The notes under the pieces: generated by a model | The model's input: only the letters and a program-made list of their open reading frames with translations | The model's database searches: none | What the model was told of the DNA's origin: nothing | Made by a program: the position numbers and the translations under genes | Shown: positions 35,001 to 47,390 of the stretch, in pieces | Layout: every line of letters starts with the position of its first letter | Position numbering within the stretch: the first letter of the stretch is position 1 | Source of the DNA: Sarea resinae | Taxonomy: Eukaryota | DNA: 52,515 nt | Assembly (NCBI GenBank): GCA_026026165.1 | Contig: JAPEUD010000109.1 | Location: forward strand, 1-52,515 | Reading direction: 5' to 3'

Positions 35001-37734
35001 GCTTGCATGCATACCGCCACTTTGTCCTCACCGCACGCGTGCTCTGGATTGATACATGTTACCTATTGAGCCGAAATGGACACTTTTCTTGTTGTCGTTT
35101 CTCGTCTCGTCTTGTCGCGATGTTGTACGAAGGACAGGGCGCCAAGACCAGGAAATTCATCTACTATAAAGTACGTATCCCACATCAGGTACCTAACCGG
35201 GCAGAGTGGCAGGCGGTAGGTACGGAGTACATACTCCGTAGAATGCATCAGCACTGCGCATAGTACCCAGTAGTGCGCAGTAGGCCGAAGAGTACCCGGG
35301 AGCGCGCGCTCAGTCCAAACTCAGCTCCAACATTGGAACGGAGCAACAGCCGAGGGCTTCCCAGCTTTCCCAGGGGGTTTACTAGGAACTAGATCCCTTT
35401 TCGATCTTTGCCCTAGATACAGTCCGGTAAGGTTCATCTGTAAGATTACCACCTCACCCACGTCCAGGATCCGTACTTCAGCAGTACCATCCACCTCCGC
35501 ACATGCGCCAGCGAAGCACGCCGGCCATGAAAGGGAGCTATATTATCATATACTTCAAAGATACGAGCTGGGTACCTCGCTGCCATCGCGCAAAGTGCCA
35601 CGGCGGCGTTGGTCTTTGCGATGGATACGCTGATATGGAGGGAAACACGAGGACAAGCAAACATGACAAAGAACGAGGATTGGACGCTGATGCTGACGGC
35701 GCATCGCATCGCATTGATACATCATGGACGGGCAGAGGACGAGAGTAAGGCAACGGAAAAGGAAGGAGCCACATACTCCGATATATCACGGATACGGATA
35801 CGTCCACTGGCACGGAGTCCTACCTGTTCACTTTCCAAGTTCCAGCTCTCCAGAAGGAAAGTGAGGCTTGCAAGCCCCAATCTGTACCTCTGTGGTACTT
35901 GGCGACTTCGCACATATATGGCTGGTCGCGCATCATTGTTTTCTATTTGTAGTGGCGGTGGTACTCGTCGTGGTACCCGTCGTACCATGAAGAATCGCGA
36001 CTAGAGGACGGAGTCTGGGCGTCTGCATCATTAGCGGCATATCGACCCTGGCCATCAGACACGCAGCCAGTGCCAGCCACACAATTATGATCACGATGGG
36101 TCATGTTCCATATGAAAGTTGCTCTGCTTGCTCGGGTTGCTCAATCATAAAGGCCCCAGCCCCCCCTGGCAGCTCCGTTCGATGCTCGGCGACGGCGCGC
36201 CTTCATGTCCTCTCGATCTCTCTAATCCAGTACCTGCCTACCCTAGTCCACTAGTCGCACGTAGGTACGAGCATACCTTACATGACGGTGAAGGTGTGGG
36301 ATGGCGACCGCGTGGGATGCGTCTGTGCGATTCGTGGGATTCCAGGACGAAGGGGGAGCGGACGGACGACGGCGAGCGGAGGGTGAGGCAAGAAAGAGAA
36401 GGTGGCGGTGCCCGTGGAGGTGAATGATGATAGTCGAAGAATCGATTACGCAGAGATAGGTCGTCTACGAGTACTCATTCCATAGTACTCCGTAGTGGGT
36501 AGGTAGCCCTGAAGGTAGTGGGGAGCGTAAGGTAGGGGAGAGGGGCGTGAAAACATGACAGCTGGAGGGCGAAGTCATCCCAGGTATCGTGGCTCATGGA
36601 AGTTGGCCGTCCGATACGTGCACGATACTTTGAATACTGGATACGTGCCGCCGTCCCCACTGACCTCAGGGCCAGCATGAAAGAAAAGAGCGAAATGAGG
36701 AAGCGTCATGTCATTCATTTAAAGTGCCTTAATCATCCATCATCAATGATCCATCATCCATCATCTCCCGTGGATCCGCATGCATGTCCGTCCACATTAT
36801 TATTACATCAGGAGCGCTCCTTTGATGGTTTGATTGAGGGACATCAAGTCTGATGATTGCCGGCCCGCGTACATGTTGTCCTTTGACCACGTAGTACGGG
36901 AAGTACCCCGAGTACCTTGCCTGCCACCTAAGGTACTCTCCGCAACCCTTGTGCCCTGGAACGGAGCGAGATTGCGGGGCGACTGAGCCGGCACGTCCTA
37001 GGTGTCCCTAGGTCCCCTAGGCCAAGTTGGCCTTCTCGAATTTTTTGTGTTCTCCGACCGCCCACCGCCCATACCCCCCCTCCACTCTCTACTCCTGCTC
37101 AGTAGGCTTCCCATCCACCACCACCCACTACACCCCCCCCCCCTCCCCCCCTTATTTCCAAAAAGTTCAATACACATACGTCGTCTACAGTACCTACCTA
37201 CACAGTCATACTCCCGTAGTCTTACACTACTAGTAACTTTACTACTACTACGAACCTACCTACCGTGCCTACTTACTACTACCGCCTTCTCCCACCAAAC
37301 CCCTCTCTCCCTCCCTCCCTCCCTCCCTCCCTCCTCCATCCCTCCTCCATCCCCTCCTTCTTCTTTCACTCTCGTCACTCTTTCTTACCCACCTGTTTAA
37401 TTTTTTTTATCTTGCTTCGGCACCATTACGTCGGCCATTCAACATCTCGCCCTTTGATCTTCGGATCCATCTAAGTCGTCGATATCTCTTGCTCGAGACA
37501 CGCGCATCATCTTTCATTGCTCACGCGAGGACCTTGGGACCCGGCGCGCCTTCCTGCCCTACAGCGGCAAATATACACAATCACCCATTTCTATTCCATG
37601 AGCTGGCCATATCAAGGAATGAGCAACATTTCAGTCCATCTCCAGTCCATCAAAATTTAAACGCCACCGCCAAACGGCCGGCAAGACGAGGGTAACACCA
37701 TCGGTCCAAGCAGTTCAACACTTGCCGTCCATCG

Positions 37735-40357
37735 ATGCCTGTCGCAGGCATGACCGTCCTCCCTGCCAGCTCGACGACTACGACCCGAAAGGCGTCGTCG
37801 CTCGCTCCCGAAAAGAAATACAAGTGCCAGTTCTGTAACAGGGCTTTCAGCAGGAGTGAGCATCGCAGCCGACACGAAAGATCGCGTAAATTACCCTTTT
37901 TCGTTTCTCCAATCTTGGCGCGGATTTATTGCCGTCGTCTATCCGGGTCCCGCTAATCCGCCACAGATACGAAAGAGAGACCCTTCAAGTGCTTGAAATG
38001 TCGAAGCACTTTTGTGCGACGAGATCTTCTCCTCCGACACGACAGGACGGTGCACGCCAAAGATGGGGGTCTCCCTCTTCATAGCGAAGCGAAGCGTCGA
38101 GCGGGACCGAAGGCACCATCGATGGCCGGGCCATCGAAGCCTTCGATCGCAATCGACACGGCAACCATCGAACAGATAGAAGCAAGCAGCGATGGAATGG
38201 TGGACCTCGAGACGGCCGCGATGCTGATGACAGATCTGCATCACAAGGCCACTGCTGCCATGTCAAATCAGGGGAATGAATCGCTGGGGAGTGGACCAGA
38301 AACTGCAATCACTCCCAACGGCACAGCTCTCCTTGAGCCATCTGTCGCCTACTCGATGGGGGCAGTATCGCTGCCACCAATGCAGTGGGACACATTCATG
38401 CCGCAGTCGGTGAGAGAACCCAAAGCTCATTCAATATCGTCAAGCGTGTCTGGCTCGCAAGATTCGCAATTGTCCTTTACAAGTGTCAGTACGATCCAGC
38501 CGTATCCGCATCAGCTGCCACCAATCATGGAGCGGCAAAGGTCTGCTGGCGATGTGCTCGCTCCTGCATTGCAATCTCTCAGCAGCTCGCTGCCGGTGTC
38601 TGGTTTCGCGACTCCAGGCTCACTATCTCCGTACCCGAGCATGATGGGTCCTGTGTCTCCTGTCGACTATAGAAGATCACCGGGTCCGAGTCAGGCGTTG
38701 AGCTTAGCCAAAGCTCCCCAAGTCGATTCGGAAGAGGGCATGGCTTCGATTCAAGAGAAAATCAGGGCTCAAGATCGCGAGCGCGCCATCCCTGAGACTT
38801 TCCGTCTACCTGGAAGGATGGCCCTCAATCGATATCTGTCAACGTACTTCAATCTCTTCCATCATCACCAGCCTTTTCTGCATCCGGCTTCGTTCAATCC
38901 ATGCAAGGTCTCGCCGCCACTATTGCTTGCAGTCCTTTCGATCGGTGCTTTGTACACCTTCGAGCAAGAAGAAGCATATATGTTTCATGTCGGATCGAAG
39001 GTCCTAGTCAACCAATTTTTGCAGAATAAAGAGAACTTTAGCTCTCGAAAATGCCCTTTGTGGACCATGCAGAGCTCTCTGCTAAACATGATCTTCGCCA
39101 GCTGGAGCGGCGATCCCAAGGGACTGGAGTGGACTTGCTCCATCAAAAGCTTACTTGCAAATATGGTGGCCGGAAACAAATATGAGCTCAAGCTTCGAAG
39201 CGAAGCGCGTGAATCTACTCACCCGACACACGAAGAATGGATTGAAGACGAAGGCTGCAGACGTACCTACTACGCCGTGTATATTTTCTTTGGCCTCCTG
39301 ACCTTGACCTACAATCACACGCCGGCAATGAGTTTCAACGAATTCGACTCGTTGGAACTTCCGTCTTCGGAATCACAGTGGAACATTGAAGCTTCTGATG
39401 AAGAGTCCTGGCAGGAGAGCGTGACGGCTTCACCCGCCATGACTTTCCGAGAAGCGCACGACAAGCTCTTCCAAGGAGAGCCCGCTCGCTACAGCGCCTT
39501 CGCGACCAGAGTCATGATCAACGCGCTCTTTTTGGAAGTCTGGTATCACAAACGCAGCCCCGAGGCTCTTCAGGACGTCGTGACGGAATACAAGCTGCGC
39601 CTTGCTTTGGAAACCTGGGAGAACTCTCTGGATCTGTGCGAACCGGAAACCATTGTCGTCCAGCTCAGTGCCCCGCACAAGGGCCATCCACTGATCTTCA
39701 ACGCCATGGCCATGTACCGCAACACTCGTGCTCGCTTGGAAGTGGATCTGAAGTCTGTCCAGGAAGCACTGCGGTATCATGATCCTTATGAGGTCGCTGC
39801 TGCCATGACGATGGCGCGAGATCAGGTCAAGAGGTCTCACGAGATGACCAAGGTGATGCAAGAGTGCTTTGACTGCATCGAGGTCGCCGCTCTCCAGGGT
39901 ATTCGCTGGGTGGCGAGGACATCTGCGACCAACTGGAGTGTGGAACACCCACTGTGTGGTTTGGATCTGATGGTCATGCTCAGCTTATGGCTCTACCGTC
40001 TGGAACATGACGAGGAGCCGGCCAACGAGGAAGAGCTTGCGATGTATAACAAGGTCCAGAACCTTTTCGACGAGGACTCTGTGGAGGTCAATGGGTCAAA
40101 GCTCAGCTCAACTGTCTCGCGAATGTGGGGGAGTATCCTCGACGAGGTCGTTGTTTGGGGGTAAGACTCCTTGACTTTTGCAACTATGCACCCACTAATC
40201 GAGATATAGAATCACCAAACTGATGGGCGAATCCTTCAAACTACACGCTCAAGCTCTCGTGGGCTACGAGGACGCCATCGCCTCGGGCTCTGGAGCGTCA
40301 ACCCCCTCAATGTGCTTGCAAGGCGTTGGCGAGCTTGCCATGGAGACCTCGTACTAG
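37735..40357 (+). CDS. amdX: C2H2 zinc-finger transcription factor with fungal TF domain, AmdX/Sda1-like, ~830 aa; exons 37735-37885, 37967-40160, 40210-40357
   Basis: Two Adr1-type fingers, CQFCNRAFSRSEHRSRHERSH-TKERPFKCLKCRSTFVRRDLLLRHDRTVH, and a fungal-specific TF domain (YFNLFHHHQPFLH). Introns 37886-37966 and 40161-40209. Confidence 0.88.
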
Positions 40358-41359
40358 GCAGGTCTCCATCACTAATGACCTGGGACGAAATATCTTTTTC
40401 CTTTCTCTACTTGTCTTATCTCTTGCTGTCTTTAGATTGATATCCCTCAGAGTCGGGAGACGGCGTCCGTGCGCGCGGCTATAGCCTTCGCTTTTCCTCT
40501 GCATCTATCGAGCGTCTGCTTTATTCCCTTTGTTCATGCATCGTTTTGTCAATTTTGTTTACCAGGATTTCCAAAACGGGTCGGGGCCACACACTGGGGG
40601 CTGGTTGGTTCGGTTTGCTACACACATACACATTGGTAGGGGGCCTGGGGGCGGCTCCTTCGTTTGCTTATTCGTTTCAGTTTTACACCTACCTACCTAC
40701 CTACCTAATATCTCCTCCCGCAAACACAACAAGCACAACAAACACGACACCCCACTGGCTGGCCTCGAAGTGTTGTTTCTTTTTTTTCCTCGTCTATCTG
40801 GGTCCTGGATTCCCATCACTTTTACAGCAAACAAGCACGTCGTTTGGTCGTTTGTTTCATTATATTGCTTAAAGAGTATTACCTAATAGTGGCTTCTGAC
40901 ATACCTTGTTCGATATATGCGTCCGTTTTTTTCTGTTTCTCTCTACTCTTTGTCTCTGTTTTTCGAAGAAGCTTCTCGAGCATCTGGTACCTATCTATGT
41001 CCCTTGTCCATTGGATGGATGGACTGATCGATGGGCGACGGGTCGCTTCTGATCTGGTTGGTTGCTGGATCCGTGGATCCGTTAGTCGGTCGGTCATGGC
41101 GCGCGCCTGCTGTATATGTATTTATAGTGGTTGGTGTGTGTGCTGGTCTGCGGCTATCAGATGGGTTCCGTCTTTGGTGCGTTTGCTTTTCCTCGTTTGT
41201 GTCCAGATGTCTCGTCGAGTATATATCATCAAGAGAAATCCTTCTTGAATTCTTTGGAGTCGTTGATCCATGCGTGCGTGCGTGCGTGCATGTATGATAT
41301 GGTGTCTCGTATGCGTGAGACGGTATATGTGTGGATATCGATATCTGAGGGTCAGTGAG

Positions 41360-41763
41360 TGTATGTTTAGTAGTAGTCGTACTACAACTACAAATACTGC
41401 TACCACTAGGTAGGTTCCAAAAGTCTAAGATTCGGGCGGGCATCACCTACTCTTCACCCACCTAGAAAAGTCGCTCATCTTTGTTTTTTTTTGGGGTTTT
41501 TTTGGGGGGGGGGGTTTGTTTTTTTAAAGAAGTTTTGCTTCTACAAGTGATTTATTTATTAGACAGCAAAAAGAATTTATTCCTATTACAATAAGAAAAA
41601 AAAAAGCTCGCCTACCTACATAGAGGAGGAGGAGATTTCAACTTGGCTTCTCTAAGATAAGATACCTAGGTTATCTTGGGTTTTGCTGACTGACTGTTTA
41701 TTATATTGTAGATAGCAGATTGTAGCGCTCCTTTTAGTCGGAGAGGTAGAAGAGGTAGAAGAG

Positions 41764-41798
<35 letters not shown>

Positions 41799-42751
41799 TT
41801 TATACAGAAAATAGAAAGTAGAGAGTAGAGAGTAGTTAAGTAAAAAATAGCAGATCGAAAACAGAAGAGAGAGAAAGTAGAAGTAGAAATGTAGGAGAAA
41901 GCACCAAGTGTGAGAAGAGGAAACCGAAAATCGAAAAGCTAGGGAAGTCGAAATAATCACTAGAAAAGAACGGGAGACATTTTTGAAAACTCCAACGAGA
42001 AATCGAAAAAAAGATAAAAGGAGGAAAGAAAGAGTCAGAACAAGAAAAAGTCAACGACAATGGAATAGAATAGGACAGAACAGAAGAGAAGAGAAGAGCA
42101 ACTAGAAAGAGGAGATAATAAGGAACAGAAAAAAACAGACCCCTCTGGCTAGCTAGCTAGAGAGCTAGAGTAGAGTTGTTATAGAAAGAATAGAATTTAA
42201 AGCTTTAGGACGGATTTAGGGGATCAGTTGAGTGGATAGAGAGAGGGATTAGTTAACTAGATAGAGAGAGAGAGGGGGAGAGAGATATACTGTCTGTAGC
42301 TACTACTACTATTGCTACACTCACATTCACTGTCACACTCACAATCACACTCACACTCACTGCTACACTTATACCCACCCCTATCAAAGGGATCCGGCTC
42401 GTGTAGTGAGTGTTGCAGCGGCTTTTTAAGGTAGGGAGGTAGAAGAGGCAAGTGTAGGAGTTAGGAGTCGGACTTGGGAGTCGGAGTTGGAGTCAGAGTT
42501 AGGGTTCGGGCGTTTTGCTGAGAGTTCTGTTGTAGAGAGTATAGAAGAGAAGAGAAGAGAAGAGAAGAGAATGAGAAAGTAAGAAGAAAGAAGAGGCAGT
42601 GAGTGGCGTGGAGACTGGTGTGAGAGTGGTGTGAAGACCAGGTGATGCGGTGGTCACTTCTGGCGGAGGCGGCGGCGGCGGAGGATACGGTAATGCGGTC
42701 TCGCTCGTCGTCTTTGGAGTAGTAGTACGTCGTACGAAAGTCGGCGGCCGC

Positions 42752-42782
<31 letters not shown>

Positions 42783-42900
42783 GGGAAAGGGAAAGGGAAA
42801 GGGAAAGGGAAAGGGAAAGGGAAGGAGCAGGAGGATTAAATAAGACGCGGTGATTGATATGTAGGTAGACAGATAGATAGATAGATCTAAAGATATGTCC
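41360..42900. repeat. AT/purine-rich microsatellite spacer between convergent amdX-like and small membrane genes
   Basis: Poly-T/G, (TAG)n at 41764-41798, (AGAAG)n, (GAA)n, (GGGAAA)n at about 42783-42825 and (TAGA)n. Confidence 0.85.
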
Positions 42901-43064
42901 TATAGCTAATGCCCGGCCTTGTTTCTTCTTGATCGCCGACTCAACCGCTCAAAGGAATAACAATCTCCTAGGCAGATAACTAGCTAATCCAAGCAACCCC
43001 TTTAATCACCAACCCAATCAATCAATCGCGTCACCGCTCACTGCCTCCCTCCCTCACTCACCCC

Positions 43065-43593
43065 TCAAGCAACAACCTCAACATCCCTCACCACCGGGCC
43101 CGCAGGAACAATCCCTTCATCGCCCAAATCCTTCTCCCGCCCCATCGCCCCCGTGCCCTTCTCCCCCACCGCAGCCCTCTCGACCCCAATCTTCTCAGAC
43201 GCGCCGCCGAAGCCGTTCTCGGCCGCGCCATCACCACGGAACCCATTGGTGCCATTGGAGGTGCCATTGGTGCCGTGCGTGCCGTCGAAGCCGTCGAAGC
43301 CGCCGATGCCGATCTGGTTGCCCTTGTAGGTACCGATGCCCTGGCTGGCGAGTTTTTCGCGGCGCTCGCGCTCGATGCGCGCGGAGCGCTTCAGGCCGAA
43401 TGTCCAGGTGATGAAGTAGCAGATCGTGGCAAGGAGGAAGGCGCCTTTTGGGGGAGTTAGTGCTAGGTGAGGGGAGAGGAGAAGGGGAAGAGGGAAGGGG
43501 AGGGGGTGATTGCGAACCGATGAAGCCGAACATGACGCCGATCTCGTGGCCCACCGAGGGAGGGGGCACGTAGCCTGGTTTCATGACCGTCAT
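43065..43593 (-). CDS. Small single-pass membrane protein of unknown function, ~151 aa; exons 43593-43518, 43444-43065
   Basis: Intron 43517-43445 (GTTCGC..CTAAC..AAG) joins HEIGVMFGFIG to AFLLATICYFITW, forming one TM helix. This is followed by a charged RIERERREKL segment and a Gly-rich tail; third codon positions are C/G-biased. Confidence 0.75.
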
Positions 43594-45443
43594 TGTCGCG
43601 GGTGCTGTTTTGATGGCGAGGAGATTCGGCTCTGGGTTGGGGGGAGGGAGGTTAGTTGAGTTACTGATTGCGTTGAAAGGGGGAAATCAGTTGGGTTTTA
43701 AGCAGGTGGGTTAGGAGGAGCAGAAATGATTGGCGTCCGCGTTTGACGTGGCGGATTGGGGCACAAGGCTGAAGAGAAAAACAAACGAGAGATTGATTTT
43801 GAGAGTCAAGGCAGACAACGACGACAGGAAAGGTGTCACGACGCAGGAAAGAGCTCGAGAAAAGCGCCAGAGGGAGAAGCGCTGCCATGTTTTTATGGCT
43901 GAATGGGTGGAGGAGAGTACAAAGTGGGGAAATACGCTCTGCGTTACAGCGTCGTCGTGGTCGTCGTCGTGGTCGTCGTCGTGGAGCGCAATAAAGTACA
44001 CACGACATACCTTCTAGACTTGTCGTGCAAGAAAATGTTTGTCGACTTCAAGAAAGGAGATCCTGGGATCAGTGCGTGCGTGTGTGCGTGCGATGAGATG
44101 CGATGCGAGATAGAGTGATCAGCGCTGTCGAGACGAGAAAACGTGGAGAAAAAGCGGAGAGGAGGGAAGAAATGCGGAGTCGCGAGATCTGGAGAAGTGT
44201 GGAGGGATGGATGAGTAATGAGGGGTGCCTATAACGGGCTCATAAGTATCTGACGAACAAAGAGAACGGGAAGGGGGGGGGACGTGAAGAGCATCCATCT
44301 TGTTTAGACTACAGGCCATGGGACGCTATCATTGGCTGTTTACGGCATCAATGGGATGGATGGAGTCTCCCTCTCCATGTTGGGCGTCGTACTAGGCGCA
44401 CGTTATGACCGAAGAGGAGACACTGGGGGACGCCTGCGCCGTGCCGGTTCGGGGCTCAAAGCTGACGTGGTAGAGTAGCCTCAACCTGCCTGCTCCTACA
44501 TATCCCGTGGCGGGGACCCCTGATGGCTTCTAGTAGGTACGCAACAGAGAAAACGAAGAAGACTCCAACGTCAGAGAGGAGGGAGAGAGAAACGGAGAGA
44601 GAGGGAGCCTCGAGCTCGTCGCATCGTCTCCTCTCTCATTCCCCGGATTCCCATTCCCCACTCCGCACCCCCAATAACCCAGTCCCATTCGACTTCTCTC
44701 CACTCCACTCCACTCCACTCGGGACTCCGCATTCGTGAAGCAGTAGCGCCGCTCCGCTAGAGTGCTCTACTCTACTCTATTCCGTACCCACTATGCAGTA
44801 AAGACACCCACAAAGTACAGGTACCTGCCCCTCCGAAAGCCCCCCGCCGAGACCAGCATCGCCCACCAAGCAACAGCCGACAATGCAAGTATCAGTACTC
44901 GGCGAACCGTACGGTACGGAGTACCAGCTCATCCTAGAGGGCCGAGGGCTTCTTAGAGTCTTCGAAATCACACACTGCACAGTCTAGAGTACGCGACTAG
45001 AGTACCGAGTACCGCGTACTCGACTTCAAGGTTGTGTCACAGGGTCATCTCGGCTCGAGTTGCACGACGCGGCGCCCGGCACAGCATGGTCCGATCGCTG
45101 AGGACGGCGGCGTCGTCGATGTAACGCTAACAGTGGGGCACCAGCCACGAGCACTGATGCATCGCATCATTCGCGGTTCATGTCTGGCATCTCTGTACGA
45201 TATAGATTTGCAGGGCAGACAGGTCATCATGTAGAGAGACATCGATGTGTTCTTCACGAAATTGAAAGAGAGGATTCTCAGAATCTACGAGGCAGGCAGA
45301 CGGTGGAGATGTTTGAAGTGATGAATTCGGTCTATCGTGATATAAGATCCAAAAACCCAACCCGCTTTGGCCCTGGCGGCTCATGCATGCATTAGAAAAA
45401 AACACCGACCCATTCTCAAAGATGCGGAACAATAACAAAGACC

Positions 45444-47390
45444 CTACACCGGCGGCTTACACGAAAAAGCGACCTGTGCCGGGTTGCTCTCGTAAGCATC
45501 CTTCATCTGCACGATACTGGCGTAGATGCCCAGGACCGCCGTCGTGGCAGCCCCAAGCATGTAGATGAAATCCCACGTGTTCAGGAGCCAAGTCTTTCTC
45601 AAGCCACGCATCCATCGCTTCCAGCCGCTGTCAACACGAGTGACGGTACCGGTGGCGGGATCGAATGCCTCTTCGGGCAGGATCGAATCGCGCTGAGCCC
45701 GGAATCCGAGAATGAGGAATGGTGGGAAAGTGTAGGTAAATTGGAGGATGCAGAGCGCACCAACGAGGGCGCTGAAATTGGAGATCTGGGGAATGGCAGA
45801 TCCAGCGACCCAAGCCACAGCCCAGTAGATGGGCACGGCGGCTGCAAAGATGATCTTGCCTTTGTGAGATTCGAGGACCGGGAAGCCAGCAAGGTCTCGT
45901 CCGACGTTGGCATAAAGAACTTTGATGCCGATATTGCCGTACATACAGGCGGCGATCAGACTGGAAATAAGGGAGAAGACGTTGCCAACGGTCTGCCACG
46001 CGTAGGGATTGATTCCCTGGTTCGCGGGATTGAAGGAATATTGGCCCTGGTAAGAGTAGACGAACAGTCCGAACATCATATAGCACACGTAGATAAGTAG
46101 GTCGGCGCAGATCAATCCCTTCCAGAAGTCCCACGGGTGGCGCATCTCTGCCATCAGTTCGCAAAAGAGGGTGGCACCACCATAGGAGAACACGGCTTGC
46201 ATCAGACCAGTAATATTGTCCGTGAATTTGAGACCTGGCGGCGAGCCACCAGTCTTATGTATGGGAGTGAAATTACCGCTGGCGAGCTGTGCTGGGGTCA
46301 CAACAGCTGGGCTGGAGGCAGCAACGGCGCCGTAGTTTGGCGAGCTGTGAGCGACGACACCCATACTGCACATCTAGATTTAGCATTTTTTTTCCCCATC
46401 ATCCCAGCTGGATAAACTTACGTCATGAAGATGATGAAAAGATTCATCCAGACAGCCGCGTTAGCAACATATCCGAACTTCTGGAGAGTCCGAATTTGGC
46501 CCAAAAGGAACCCGGCGATGGTGAAGACAAGTAAACAGACGATAAAGCACAACTTCTTCTTTGACAGCTGGCTGAGAGCCTGACCGTTGCTGAGAATAAG
46601 GATCGCAACGTTTAGGAAGAATTGGAGACTTTGCAAGACGTTGAAAGAGTGACGAGCAAATGAACCGTAGATACGGAAAGCCACGTCACCGTAGTTTTTG
46701 ATCGGATAACGGTCGCTGTCGAGTCCCATGAACATTTGCCAGAGTTGATACCCAGAGCTGTGAGGTGATCAGTACGAGGATACTCTATGGACATATGTAG
46801 AAACTCACTATCCAGCCAAGGCACCGAAAACGGTATAAAGAGCGGATCCGGGACCATAACCCATCTGTGCAAAGGCCCATCTGTTACAATAATTGTGAGT
46901 ATCATGTCTGCCTCGATTGTGGATTGAGAGAGACTAACGGGACCGAAAAGGGACCCAAAATATCCGTGGTGATGAGGTAGAAGACGGCTCCCCAAGTGGC
47001 CGTTCTCGCCGCTCTGGAGGCCTGATACCACTCTTCGTCCGTGACGGCAGGCTTGTAGTCGGGAGTTGAAACGGAATGCTTCTCGTCGATTTCCTTCTCG
47101 CTCGGGATGCCTTCGCCGGAAACAACGGTAGCCTCGGTCGATTCTGGTGGGGCCTTGCCGAACAGGACCTTGAGAGGAGACGCCTTGGTGCCGTTCTCGA
47201 TTCCGTGGGCGCCATAGAGCCTCTCTTCTTCGGCACGTGTGAGAGTGGCATAGTGCAGATACTCTTCAAATTGAATCGAAGGATCGTGTAGCTTCTCTAC
47301 CACTCGCGTTGGGTATGAGCCGATGGCGTCGGCCTCGAAGGAGAGGCGAGGATCGGCAGCAGCGCCGGCAGCAGCCATTTGGCCCGACAT
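45444..47390 (-). CDS. Transmembrane amino-acid transporter (Aa_trans/AAAP family, Mtr-like), ~593 aa; exons 47390-46939, 46880-46809, 46757-46422, 46365-45444
   Basis: ATWGAVFYLITTDILGPFSVPWAF, YPIKNYGD and FSYGGATLFCELMAEMRHPWDFWKG motifs; many TM segments; three canonical introns. Confidence 0.92.

Noticed and set aside
42455..42510. Telomere-like G-rich hexamers
   Set aside because: Only one perfect TTAGGG within degenerate GAGTYR repeats.
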